A DNA stretch of 64,000 nt from Pristiophorus japonicus (GCF_044704955.1 NC_091984.1:148180001-148244000), one strand, 5' to 3'. Counted from the first letter of the stretch, positions 12,335 through 25,299 are shown. Notes: generated from the sequence alone by a model not told the origin. A program made the numbers and translations.

Positions 12335-13478
12335 TGATAACCTCACATTTTCCCACATTATACTCCATCTGCCAACATTTTGCCCACTCACTTAGCCTGT
12401 CTATATCCATTTGCAGATTTTTTGTGTCCTCCTCACAATTTACTTTCCCACCCATCATCAGAGGCAGTCCCTTGGAATCGAGGAAGACTTGCTTCCACTC
12501 TCAGAATGAGTCCTTCGTTGGTTGAACAGTCCAATACGAGAACCACAGTCCCTGCCACAGCTGAGACAGATAGTCATTGAGGGTATGGGACAGGTTTGCT
12601 GCACGTTCCTTCTGCTGCCTGTGCTTGTTTTCTGCTTGCTCTCGGCGATGTGACTCGAGGTGCTCAGCACCTTGCCGGATACACTTCCTCCACTTAGGGT
12701 CTTTGACCAGGGACTCCCAGATGTCAGTGGGGATGTTGCACTTTATCAGGAAGGATTTGCGGGTGTCCTTGTAACGTTCCTCTGCCCACCTTTGGCTCGA
12801 TTGCGGTGAAGGACCTCCGAGTAGAGCACTTGCTTTGGGAGTCTCGTGTCTGGCATGTGGACAATGTGGCCTGCCCAGCGGAGCTGATCAAGTGTGGTCA
12901 GTGCTTCAATGCTGAGAATGTTGACCTGGTCGAGGACACTAATGTTGGTGCGTCTGTCCTCCCAGCAAACTTGGCTACTTTACACTCAGTCCCTTCGTCA
13001 TTAATAGAGATTGTAAATAATTGAGGCCCCAGCACCAATCCCTGTGGCACCTCACTAGTTACTGTTTGCCAACGAGAAAATTACCCATTTATACTGAATC
13101 TGTTTTCTGTTAGTTAGTCAATCCTCTATCCATGCTAATATATTACCCCCAACCCCATGAACTTTTATCTTGTGCCTTTTATGTGGCACCTTATCGAATG
13201 TCTTCTGGAAATCCAAATACACTGCATCCACTGGTTCCCCTTTATCCACTTTGCTTGTTACATCCTCAAAGAATTCCAGCAAATTTGTCAAACATGATTT
13301 CCCTTTCATAAAGTCATGCTGACTCTGCTTGATTGAACTACGCTTTTCCAAATGTCCAGCTACTGCTTCCTTAATAATGGACTCCAGCATTTTCCCAACC
13401 ACAGATGTTAGACTAACTGGTCTATAGTTTCCTGCTTTCTGTCTGCCTCCTTTTTTCAATAAGGGCGTTACATTTGCT
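12335..13478 (-). mobile_element. CR1 RT fragment carrying an RTE insertion
   Basis: NYRPVSLTSV..SCLTNLLEFF; the KFA/DD region is interrupted at about 12965. Confidence 0.85.
12455..12965 (-). mobile_element. RTE-clade LINE 3' end
   Basis: QLRWAGHIVHMPDTRLPKQVLYSE..CLSCGRDCGSRIGLF, typical RTE C-terminus; inverted paralog at about 62892-63410. Confidence 0.8.
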
Positions 13479-13544
13479 GTGCGTGCTTTGGAGAGAGCGT
13501 TAAAAGGAGCGGCGACATCCAGAATACCAGATTTTGCCTCAATT

Positions 13545-13965
13545 CAACAACAGCAACCTGTATTTATATAGCGCCTTTAACGTAGTGAAACGTCCCAAGG
13601 CACTTCCCAGGAGTATTATGAGATACAAAATTTGACACCGAGTCACATAAGAAGAAATTAGTGACGGTGACCAAAGAGGTATGTTTTAAGGAGCGTCTTG
13701 AAGGAGGAAAGAGAGTTAGATAGGCAGAGAGGTTTAGGGAGGGAGTTCCAGAGCTTGGGGTCTCGGTAACAGAAGGCACGGCCACCAATGGTTGAGCGAT
13801 TACAATCAGGGATGCTCAGGAGGGCAGAATTGGAGGAGCACAGACATCTCGGGGGGTTGTGGGGCTGGAGGAGATTACAGAGATAGGGAGGGACGGGCCA
13901 TGGAGGGATTTGAAAACAAGGATGAGAATTTTTAAAAAAGAGGTGTTGCTTAACCGGAAGCCGAT
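13545..13965 (-). mobile_element. L2-clade LINE 3' end
   Basis: LPVKQ..FKILILVFKSLHG peptide and aaaggcgctatataaatac tail. Confidence 0.7.
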
Positions 13966-14194
13966 GTCAGTCTCTACCTTCCCCTCCCCACACCGAGCCA
14001 TTCTCCCTCCACCCACAAAAGTCGCTCCCCCACCTCCCTCCCTAGCCCTCCCTCACTCCCACCCTCCTGACACCACATTCCTCCCCCATCCCAACCCCCC
14101 TAATCCCTCACCCCAAACTCGCTCCCCACCTTTCTGCCCCCCTACCTCACACACACCTCCTGACCCCTCCCATTCCCTCCGCTCCTCTGGAGCC

Positions 14195-15680
14195 AGAGTA
14201 GGCCATTTTGCCGCTCGAGCCTGCTCCGCCATTCAATGAGATCATGGCTGATCTTCTAACTCAACTCCACTTTCCTGCACTGTCCCCATATCCCTCGATT
14301 CCCTTAATATTCAAAAATCTATCGATCTCCGTCTTGAATATACTCAAAGATTGAACCTCCACAGCCCTATGGGGCAGAAAATTCCAAAGATTCACCACCC
14401 TCTGAGTGAAGAAGTTTCTCCACATCTCAGTCCTAAATGTCCGACCCCTCATCCTGAGACTGTGACCTCTGGTTCTAGACTCCCCAGCCAGAGGAAATAT
14501 CTGCCCTGCATCTACCCTGTCAAGCCCTGTCAGAACTTTGTATGTTTCAATGAGATCACCTCTCATTCTTTTAAACTCTAGAGAGTATAGGCCTTGGAAC
14601 TTGCGGAACCAAGGCGGGTAGATGGAGTTCAGATACAGATGAGCCATGATCTGATTGAATGGGGGAACAGGCTCGAGGGGCTGAATGGTCTCCTCCTGTT
14701 CATTGTGTCCAGCAGCAGCTGTGTACCTCTCCGCAACCTCATCTTGACTTTTATCAGTCGCATCAGAGCCTTGATTCCCTCACCAGGGGGCTGGTGTTTC
14801 CAGATCAATGTCCAGCTGATCGATGCCATGAGTCAGACTCAGTGAGTGCTGTCAGCGGGTGGAAAGGCTGCTCTAACTGCAGCCTTGTTCTAATGCATTT
14901 GGGGAGGGGCAAAAAGGCAAGGGAATACACAATAAATGGGAGGGTACTGAGAGGGGTGGAGGAATGGAGGGACCTTGGAGTGCATGTCCACAGATCCCTG
15001 AAGGTAGCAGGCCAGGTCGATAAGGTGCTTAAAAAGGCACTCAGAATACTTGCCTTTATTATCCGAAGCATAGAGTACAAGAGCAGGGAGGTTATGCTTG
15101 AACTGTAGAAAGTACTAGTTAGACCACATTTAGAGTACTGCGTGCAGTTCTGGTCACCACATGACAGGAAAGATGTAATTGCACGAGAGAGGGTACAGAG
15201 GAGATTCACGAGGATGTTGCCGGGACTGAAGAATTTTAGTTATGAGGAAAGATTGGATCTGCTGGGGGTGTTTTCCTTGGAACAGAGGAGGCTGAGGGGA
15301 GACCCTATTGATGTGTATAAAATGATGAGGGGCCGAGATAGAGTTGATAGACTAGACCCATTTCCCTTAGCAGAGGGGTCAACAACCAGGGGGCATAGAT
15401 GTAAAGTAATTGGTGGAAGGTTTAGAGGGGAGATGAGGAAACAATTCTTCACCCAGAGGGTGGTGGGGGTCTGGAACTTACTGCCTGAAAGGGTGGTAGA
15501 GGCAGAAACCCTCACCACATTTAAAAAGTACTTGGATGTGCACTTAAAGTGCCGTAACCCACAGGGCTACGGACCCACAGCTGGAAAGTGGGATGAGACT
15601 GGATAGCTCTTTGTTGGCCGGCGCGAACATGATGGGCCGAAATGGCCTCCTTCAGTGCTGTAATTTTCTGTGATTCTATG
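14195..15680. mobile_element. CR1 3' fragments (14195-14595 minus; 14890-15680 plus) flanking a non-TE island
   Basis: CR1 ORF2 C-terminal peptides on opposite strands. Confidence 0.85.
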
Positions 15681-15786
15681 ATCGTGCTGGTGGTGGTGAC
15701 CACTTTAAAAGTCGCAGCATACATTTTATTGAAACTATTTCCATCCCCGGTTTCCCCGCTGCCAATAATTGGATCAATCGATGCTG

Positions 15787-15802
15787 TAGCGCCCCCTTGT
15801 GG
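15787..15802 (-). promoter_or_regulatory. Candidate CTCF site (reverse orientation)
   Basis: Minus strand CCACAAGGGGGCGCTA versus consensus CCASYAGRKGGCRS; identical in the paralogous arm. Confidence 0.6.
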
Positions 15803-16109
15803 TACATCTATATGGGCTCCACCCAAATCCCTGCTTTCAACCCTTGAACCCACATACGCTAGCTGGAGCCGTGCTCCTTAATCACAGCATCTCACAGCAC
15901 AGAGGGAGGCCATTCGGCCCATCAAACCTGTGCTGGCTCTTTGAAAGAGCTGTGGACTACTATGGCCTGGATAAATGATCCAGAGACACGAGTTCAAATC
16001 CCACCACGACAGCTGGGGAATTTAAACTCAGTTAATCAAATAAATCTGGAATAAAAAGCTAGTATCAGTAATGGTGACCATGAAACTGACGGATTGTCGT
16101 AAAAACCCA

Positions 16110-19100
16110 TCTACCTGGCCTGCTACCTTCAGGGATCTGTGGACATGCATACCAAGGTCCCTTTGTTTGTCTACACCTCTCAGTGTCCTACCATTTAATG
16201 TGTATTCTCTTGCCTTGTTAGACCTCTCCAAATGCATTACCTCACAGTTCTCCGGATTGAATTCCATTTGCCACTGTTCTGCCCACCTGACCAGTCCACT
16301 GATATCTTGCTGCAGTCTACAGCTTTCTTCCTCACTATCAATCGCACAGCCAATTTTTGTATCTTCTGCAAACTTCTTAATCATACCCCCTACATTCAAG
16401 TTTAAATCATCGATATATACCACAAAAAGTAAGGGACCTAGTACTGAGCCCTGCGGAACCTCACTGGAAACAGCCTTCAGTCACAAAACACCCATCAAAC
16501 ATTACCCTTTGCTTCCTGCCTCTGAGCCAACTTTCCACTTTTCCCTGCATCCCATGGGCTTGTACTTTCGTGACCAGACTGCAATGTGTCACCTTATTGA
16601 AAGTCTTGCTAAAATCCATATACACTGCATCAAACGCAGTAACCTCATCGACCCTCCTTATTACTTCCTCGATTAATTCAATTAAGTTAGTCAGACACGA
16701 TCTTCCCTTAACAAATCCATGCTGACTGTTCTTGATTAATCCGTCTATCTAAATGAAGATTTATCCAGTCTCTCAGGATTTTCATCAATAATTTTCCCAC
16801 CACTGAGGTTAGGCTGACTGACCTGTAATTACTCGGTCTATCCCTTTCTCCCTTTTTAAACAAAGGTACAACATTAGCAGTCCTCCAGTCCTCCGGCACC
16901 ACACCTGTAGCCAGAGAGGATTGGAAAATGATGGTCAGACCCTCTGCTATTTTCTCTTTTGCTTCTCTTAACAGCCTGAGATACATTTAATCCGGCCTGG
17001 GGATTTATCCACTTTCAAAGCTGCTAAGCCCGTTAATACTTCCTCTCTCACTATGTTTATTTCATCTAATATTTCACACACCTCCTCCCTGATTACAATG
17101 TCTGCATTGCCCCTCTCTTTTGTGAAAACAGATGCAAAGTATCCATTAAGAACCATATCCACATCTTCTGCCTCCACACACAGATTACCTTTATAGTCTC
17201 TAATAGGCCCTACTCTATCTTTAATTATCCTCCTGCTCTTTATGTATTTATAAAACATCTTCGGGTTTCCCTTGATTTTACTTGCCAAAATGTTTTCATG
17301 CTCTCTCTTTGCTTTCCTAATTTCCTTTTTAATTGCACCCCTGCACTTTCTATACCCCTCTAAAGTTCCTGCAGTATTGAGCCCTCGGTATCTGTCATAA
17401 GCCTCCCTTTTTTACTTTATCCTACACTGTATTTCACTTGACATTCAGGGCCGCTAGATTTATTAGCCCCACCCTTTTTCTTTAAGGGAACAGACTTACT
17501 CTGAAACCACAGGATTTCCTCCTTGAATGCCTCCCACTGCTCTGACACTGATTTACCTTCAAGTAGCCGTTTCCAGTCCACTTTGGCCAAATCTCATCTC
17601 AGCTCAGCAAAATTGGCTTTTCCCCAATTGAGAACTTTTATTTCTGGTCTATCTTTGTGCTTTTCCATAACTACACTAAATCTAACTGAATTATGATCAC
17701 TGGCACCAAAATAATCTCCCACTGATACCCCTTCCACCTGCCCCTCTTCATTCCCCAAAACCAAGTCCAGAACCGTCCCCTCCCTTGTTGGGCTTGTTAC
17801 ATACTGGCTAAAAAAGTTCTCCTGAATGCATTTTAGGAATTCCGCACCCTCTATACCTTTCACACTAATTTTATCCCAGTTAATATTCGGGTAGTTGAAA
17901 TCCCCTACTATTACTGCCCTATAGTTTTTGCACTTTTCACAAATGTGCCTACATATTTGCTCTTCTCTCTCCCTCTGACTGTTTGGGGGTCTATAGTACA
18001 CTCCCAGCAGTGTGATTACCCCTTTTTCGTTCTTCAATTCGACCTATATGGCCTCATTTGATGATCCTTCCGACATATCATCCCTCCTCACAGCTGTAAT
18101 TGTTTCTTTCAATTGTTTCAGAATTGCGACCCCCTCCTTTTTTACCCTCTCTATCCCGTCTGAAAACCCTGTAACCAGGAATGTTGAGCTGCTATACCTG
18201 TCCTTCTTTCAGCCATGTCTCAGTAATAGCTATAATATCGTACTCCCAAATGTCTATCTGTGCTCTCAGCTCATCTGCCTTATTCCCTATACTCCATGCA
18301 TTGAAGTATATACCATTTAGCACTGCCAAACTGCCTTGTTGTCTAATTTTTAGGCTTTGTTTCCTCTGTCTTCCAAAATCACTTTCTGTTGTTCTGCTTT
18401 CGAATTCCAGCTTTGCTTCTCTCCCCACTGAATCCATTCTCAGGTTCCCATCATCCTGCCAAGCCAGTTTCAACCGTCCCCAAAAGCAATAACAACACCC
18501 CCCACAAGGATATTGGTCCCGGCTCTGTTGAGGTGCAACCCATCCATCTTGTACAGGTCCCACCTCACCCAGAAATGGTCCCAATGCCTCAGCAAACTAA
18601 AGCCCTCCCTCCTGCACCATCTCTCCAGCCACGTATTCATCTGCTCTGTGCTTCTATTTCTGTAGTCTCTGGTGTGAGCTCAAAATAAAGTGTGACATTG
18701 GTCTTTTATTGCAGGTCTCCAGAGTGCCTCCCCAACCTGTGAAGCCTCCTTAAATACCTGTGCTCCCAAGGGATTATGGGATCCCTTGGGACTCCAGGGG
18801 ATCAGCCCTCTGGAGGCTGTACAGAGTAAATACAAGTCCACATATATAACAACTAGCACGTGGCACCGGCAGTAATACGGAGATTACGACCTTTGAGGTC
18901 TTGCTTTTTTATCTGTCTCCTTGCTCCCTAATCTCTGCCTGTAGGATCTCATCCCTCTTGCTGCCTATGTCATTGGTACCAATATGGACCACAAGCATTG
19001 GCTGTTCACCCTCCCCCCTCAGAATGTACTGCAGCCACTCAGTGACATCCTTGACCCTGGCACCAGGCAGGCAACATACCATCCTGAAGTCACATCTGTG

Positions 19101-19600
19101 GCCACAGAAATGCCTGTCTGTTCCCCTAACTATCGAATCCCCTACCACTATTGCTCTTCCATTCTTCTTCCTCCCCCCTGTGCAGCTGAGCCACCTGTGG
19201 TGCCGTGGACTTGGCTCTGGCTGCACTTCCGAGAGGAACCATCACCCCCACCAGTACTCAGAACAGAATATTGGTTGGCGATGGAGTTGGACTCAGGGGA
19301 CTCCTGCACTACCTGCCTGGACCTCCTCTTCTGTCTGGTGGTCACCCATTCCCTCTCTGCCTGCACAATCTTAAGCTGCAGGGTGACCACCTCTAGAAAC
19401 GTGTTATCCACGAAGTTCTCAGCCTCGCGGATGCACCGCAGTGACTCCAGCCGCCGCTCAATCTCCGAAACGCGGAGCTCGAGTTGCTGTAGCTGGTGAC
19501 ACTTCCTGCTCATGTGATCGTCCAGGCCACGAGAAGTGTCCAGGACTTCCCACATGGCACAGGATGTGCTTCCACGGGACAGAACTGCCCTGCCATGCCT
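16110..19600 (-). mobile_element. Long CR1 with ORF1 (zipper + SGNH esterase) and ORF2 (EN, RT); 3' end missing
   Basis: ORF1: MWEV..KCHQLQQLELRV, AIVVGDSIVRG, VHIGTND. ORF2: FNAWSI..ITETWL, LGVYYRPPN, SDHN, KFAEDT. Confidence 0.92.
18673..18851 (-). mobile_element. Short solo LTR inserted in the CR1
   Basis: TGTG..AACA ends, AATAAA on the minus strand; CR1 resumes at actagcacgtggcacc; TSD degenerate (tctgg/actag). Confidence 0.5.
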
Positions 19601-19769
19601 CTATTTAATAGACTGAGAACTAACTGAACAGAAATAAATTTAAAAGTATAAAAAAGTAAATAACGGCCTGGACTACATCATTCTGGCCATAATTTCTGGA
19701 TTTGTTCACCCCACTGAGGGCGAACACCGTCGATGGGCCATTAATGGGCCTTAAGTTTTCAACTCAGTC

Positions 19770-20695
19770 AGCTGTGGCTCAATGGGCAGCACACTCACCT
19801 GAGCCCGAAGGTTGTGGGTTCAAGTCCCACTCCAGAGACTAAGCTCAGAAATCTAGACTGACAGTCCCAGTGCAGTACTGAGGGAGTGCCGCACTGTTGG
19901 AGGGGCCGTCTTTCAGGCGAGAGGTTAAACCGAGGCCCCTCTGCTCTCTCAGGTGGGCGTTAACGATCCCATTCCACTGTTTTGAAGAAGAGCAGGGCAG
20001 TTCTCCCCAGTGTCCTGGTCAATATCTATCCCTCAATCAACATCAAAATCAGATTGAGGACGAAATTCCTGCGCTGTGCACCTGCATTACTGCCTCTGGG
20101 GGGCGCTAATGGGGTGTGACAATGTTTTCCCTGGGGAGGTGGGGGGCGTGGCTCCCGGCTCCCTCGGAGATTTAGCAGAGAAGCGAAATGGATAGCGCTC
20201 CGTGAGTTGTGTCCGCGCCAGGCCTACGGGTCAAAAACCGGGCCGCACTTCGCTCGCGGAGTGAAACTTACCGGGAGCCGTGCGCCGCCGCGCCACGCCA
20301 TTTGTTTTTGCCGACTTACCGGTCGGGCCTTTCTGTGCCGATGTGGTGGGGTCGGTGCCATGAAGGTGCAGCTTGACATTCGCCCCCGAGCCCACCCCCA
20401 GGGGAAGTGCTGCGCACCACATTGCGCTCCACTTCCTGTCAGGGGCCGTGACCCCAATTTCGCTTCCAGGGCGGGACTTCGGTGTGGGAAAAGCTACCGC
20501 CATAACCGGGGCGATACGCAATTTGGGCCCATTATCTGGTCATAGTCACATGTGGGAGCTTACTGTTCACAAACTGTCTGTCGTGTTTCGTCCATTACCG
20601 CAGTGACAACACTGCAAAAGTACTTCATTGGCTGTAAAGCGCTTTGGGATGTCCTGACATGGTGAAAGGCGCTATATAAATGCAAGTCTTTCTTT
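19770..20695 (+). mobile_element. DeuSINE interrupted by a MITE
   Basis: A/B boxes at 19775-19830, Deu core, tail at 20535-20695. Confidence 0.85.
20056..20530. mobile_element. CpG-rich MITE (PIF/Harbinger-like)
   Basis: 3-bp TSD ATT (20053-55 / 20531-33); removing it restores SINE cagattatctgg; ends gaggacgaaatt ... aatttgggccc. Confidence 0.7.
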
Positions 20696-22113
20696 CCAAT
20701 TGAGCTCCACATCTTTGAAACCCAAACCCGCGGACAGTGACGGACAGGTAAAGACCCTGTGGTCCATCCAGCCCGTCCCACACAATTGTGATACCTTGTG
20801 TATCACAGTATAGACTCTCCACCCCACCCAAAGCTACCTGATCTCCTGGGAGAGGCGAAAAACCAGCTAAAAAACCCATTGGGGGAAATAAATCTGGGAA
20901 ACTCCTCTCCGACCCCCGCCCCCCGCCCGAGGCGATGGAAACTAGTCCAGGAGGTCACTGTGGCCCTGGATTCCCTGCAGTAACTACCTTCTGTAAGTGG
21001 TGATCTCCGCACCGGCCACAAACAGGTCCTGCTCTCGCTTATGTACAGTTCATGGATTTAAAATTACAAGTTTTCCCCACAGTGTCAAGTGCTGCAAATA
21101 CTGTGTTACATTATCAGGGTTATATTCTCACTGTCTGTCATTGTCACAACACTCGCTATATAAATGCAAGTTGTTGTTGTGTTCAGGGGCTGCTGTATCT
21201 GGCTCAGGCTTCTTATCCATCCCCCCTTCCCTTCCCCCTCCATTGGGGGCCGTGCCTTCAGCTGCCTTGGCCCGAACTCCCTGCTCCCTAAACCTCTCTG
21301 CCACTCCACCCCTCTCCTCTTTTAAGACCTCCCTTCAAACCCAATCTGTGACTGAGGGCTTTGATCACCCTCCCAGCCCCTCCCCCTTTGGCTCAGCACC
21401 ACTTTGACCAGATTACGCCTCTGTCAGCTGCCTCGGGATGTTGCTCTAAAGTTCCAGTTGCTATAGCAATGCAGGTTGTTGCTGCTGTACCTGGTGGCAG
21501 AGCGTCTCTGTGTGGATATACCCCGTGCACCGAGCTCCGCAGTGAGGCCTCCCACAGTGGAATGGCCTGCCAATGCTCGCTGCAGTGCGGAGTGGCTGCT
21601 GACTGGCCAATCGGTCTGAGACACCGCCTCACGAGCGCACGAGGAGATACACGCTGAGATCCACCATCAAATGACACGTGGGGAACTGGAAATGATTCTG
21701 CAAACCTGACTGGAGGTTTGGAACAAACGGGTTTTACAAACCAATCAATTGAGTGACACAGAAATTGTCCAAAAATTTGGTCTTTTCAGAACCAACATCG
21801 CCCCCTTTTGGTATGAAGACAGCACTGCCAATTTCCCTCACAATTTGACTGAGCTGCAATTTTCAATGTCTCCTGACGTGGCTCACTGTCAATCTTTATT
21901 CTATAAGTCTCCTGTAAAGCGCTCGGGGAGTTTTACTGTGTTAAAGGTGCTGTATAAAAGTTGCTGTTGTTGTTTGTTCTGAGTTAGCAGTTCCAACTGA
22001 GGTCGGGATATGACTCACAGCTCAGACTGTGCGGCATCCAGTGATGCAATATTTTATCGTGGGTTCAAGCCCCACTCCAGGGACCTGAATGCAAACTAAA
22101 GACATACACAACT

Positions 22114-22490
22114 GTGCAGTCCTGAGGGAGTGCTGCACTGTCAGAGGGGCAGTACTGAGGGGGTGCTGCACTGTCAGAGGTGCAGTACTGAGGGAGTGCC
22201 ACTTTGTCAGAGGGGCAATACTGAGGGAGTGCTGCACTGTCACAGGTGCAATACTGAGGGAGTGCTGCAATGTTAGAGGGGCAATACTGAGGGAGTGCCA
22301 CACTGTCGGAGGGGCAGTACTGAGGGATTGCCGCACTGTTGGAAGGGCAGTACCGAGGGAGTGCCGCATTGTCAGAGGGGCAGTATTGAGGGAATGCTAC
22401 ACTGTCAGACGGGCAGTACTGAGGGAGTGCTGCACTGTCCGAGGGGCAGTACTGAGGGAGCGCTGCACTGTCGGAGGGGCAGTACTGAGA
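22114..22490 (+). repeat. 33-bp tandem array (about 11 copies) derived from the DeuSINE body
   Basis: Unit tactgagggagtgctgcactgtcagaggggcag, preceded by a SINE B box at about 22060. Confidence 0.92.
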
Positions 22491-22549
22491 GGTTGCCTAT
22501 AGGTGGTTTTCTCGGGCGTACCAAAAACGCACCTCCTACTACAAGTTCT

Positions 22550-24416
22550 GGACGATAGGATTATATGGACAGATCAGACTCGGACACACATTTTTTGGGC
22601 TGAACCGTATTAGTGTTTAATAATATTAACAACACCACTCATAAACAGTGCAAAACAGTACAACCCTGGCTTGTCCAATAAGCCGTGCCGTGCTAAGTTA
22701 CCACGGCTTAATAAATGAACACTGCCGTGAAATAAACTAACACAGGATCCCCCCCAGCACTAAACCCCTTGGGTTTGGTTGGGACTTACAATCACCCCCT
22801 CACACAGCTAAGTGGTCTTGTGGATGTGTAGGCGCAGGCAATATGCTCACCCTGATTGCCCGTTGTCTTGCTTGCAGCTTCTTCCTGAACGTCTCCCTCC
22901 TGGACTTTTTCCTGCGATTTTTCCTGAGCTTTTTCCTGGGCTTTTTCCGGAGCTTTCTTCTTCCTGAGCTGGAGCTTGTTGCAAAGTGGCTCCTTATATC
23001 CCCAAAACCCATCACCTTTCCTCCCACCAATACTGACCGATGGATTGACTCCAGTGATCTGTCTGGACTCCCCACCCTGTGGCCTGGAATGGCTCGTAGT
23101 CTTTGAAATCTTTGTGAAAAATGATGTTTTGTTTTCCCGCTCCCAGGCCTTGCGTCTGGAGAGACAATGGGTGCTGATTACTGGATGTCTGTCGTTTCCT
23201 GAGTTGATGGCCCCCATTAGCCCGTAATGGGTTTCGATCACAAACCGATCTTGCTTAACCGGCTTATCTCCTGGAAGACAATGGGCCGGCCATTTCCTGC
23301 CTTGCACCAGTTTGGGTTGGGACTGAGTGGTGACTGTGCTTTAATAATGCAAAGGCACAGTGTCTCTGAGTTACCTCTCGGGATATTGTTCCCAGGAATC
23401 ACTTTAGATGGTGATGACATCAATGGGCCTGGGTTCCCTGCCACCCAGCCTGTCAGTGTGAAATATCCGGTTGTATATGAATGCACCTCAGTGTCACCCC
23501 GACAAGCTCGCCAAACAGTACAGATCTTTCTTGGGGATTTGGATTTAAGGATTTAAAATATTGTTGATAGAAATGGCCAGAAAGCTGGTGCTACAATCCC
23601 CCTGATGATATTTTGTCACCAAAACCGGAAATATCTGGAATTCCGTCATCTTCTGCTGCGGGAGGTGCATTGTGGGTCCATAACTGATCAATTACACCCG
23701 GGCTCCCGTTTCTTCTGATTTCCTGATTAAGACAGATACAGCACAACCATTTTGTGAGCGGTTTTTCCCTCCACAGGTTGGGCTTTCGTTATTTACATAT
23801 ATATTCCGTTCGTTCTGCGTTATCGAGTGCCCCCAGTTAAAATCTTGCGGCTCGCGGCCGGTGAGTAAGGAGGTGTCCACAGCGCCCTAAGCCGTGGTAT
23901 CCGACTGTTTCTCCTTACTGTCCCGCCATCTGGGTCATCATCATCGTCCTACACCATGGGAGGAAGACCCGCGTCCACCAGGCTCATTATTGTGCCCTGG
24001 TTTCTCTTTGCCTTTGTCGTCACCCCCTTGGGGTTAAACAACTTACACTGGTTGATGTGACAGCATTTTGTGCGGTTCGGGAGTCTGACTGCATATACCA
24101 TGGGGCTGGCCTTATCTACGATGTTATAAGGCCCCATGTACAGTGGCTCGAATGCCCCCACTCGGGCACAGTTCCTGAACATTACCTGGTCTCCCACCTT
24201 CCACTCGTGGCTTCTCCGGGACTCGAGCAACAACCAATGTTTCCCGGTGCTGGCTCCCCAGGTTACTGGCTGCCTGCCAGTGAATCTGTTTTAAAACCTC
24301 AAACAGATTCTGGACCAACCTGTCCCGGTTTACCTCCCTGACCTGAGCTTCTGTGAGGACTGGCACCAACACATGGGTTGGGTGCACATAACCCTCCCGG
24401 TGATGACCTCATGTGG
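22550..24416 (-). mobile_element. Remnant F of the loki-like element: integrase C-terminus (23949-24416) and degenerate 3' region/LTR
   Basis: VLTEAQVREVNRDRLV..WKVGDQVM..LYMGPY..HINQCK, homologous to copies A and B; left boundary uncertain. Confidence 0.7.
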
Positions 24417-25297
24417 TGTAGGGTGTTGGTTTCCCACTCTACTCTGATTCATAGACCTCGGGAATTACAGGAAGTACCACACATAAAGCAAAGTTTAGAA
24501 TAAAATCCAACTGTTTGTTTATTACACAAAAAAACCCTAAAAAGTACGGAACAAGACTTCTTAGAGATTGACCGAAGACATACAATCACCCATCCAGCCT
24601 GTTGTTGCTGTTGTCGATTGTCGGCTCTTAGAGCGAGGGAAGGTGTTGGGTCCCCGCTGCTGCTTCGTGGCCGTTGTTCATTGACCTGCTGGTCTGAGGT
24701 GTTTCTTCGACCTGTTGTTCCTCTCTCTGAGCTCTTGTTCTCAGCTCTTACAGATATATCCATTCAATATCCATTCAATTCTACACATCTCCTGCTGGGC
24801 TGCCTTTCAGTTAATGCATCTGGTTGAGTCTCGATGGCTGTGATGATGGGTCTGGATCTAGTCGGATGGCCACAATTCACACACAGAATCGACAGGGCAA
24901 AAGATAACTCCTTATCTTTTGTGCCCCGTTATCCAAGAATGCACGCCTTGTGGGATCCTTTGATGTCCTGGGTTTTCACAGACTTGGAATCTCCAGAGGG
25001 ACTGATTTTCCCCTCTGGCCAATTAATCCATGGGCTCCATTGCTTGATTGTATCAACCTGTTGTTATAGACACTCAAAGCCTTTCGATGCTTGTCACTGA
25101 CCCACGACGGTACGTGGCCTTGTTTTAAATCCTCTAAATTACTGCATCCTTAATTTAGCAACTAAGCTCAGTACATGACACACCCGTCATTCTGAGCAGC
25201 TTGATCTGACGCGTTTCTACCCTCCTTGATTAAAGCATTGATGGTCTGAGTGTGTGTCTCCACCTCAGCTATCATCTCCTTCAAATGGATTGTCATT
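24417..25297 (-). mobile_element. Partial 3' LTR of loki-like element B
   Basis: Ends ..ccaacaccctaca on the minus strand like the other family LTRs, interrupts integrase F, and directly follows env B. Confidence 0.6.
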
Positions 25298-25299
25298 GC

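Noticed and set aside
11256-12391. His/Thr-rich ORFs
   Set aside because: Translations of the (GT)n satellite.
22114-22490. CRISPR-like 33-bp repeats
   Set aside because: Head-to-tail with no unique spacers, SINE-derived, vertebrate DNA, no cas genes.
22792-23307. 171-aa ORF with KAQE repeats
   Set aside because: Driven by a 12-bp tandem repeat in a degenerate LTR-like region; no homolog in the other copies.
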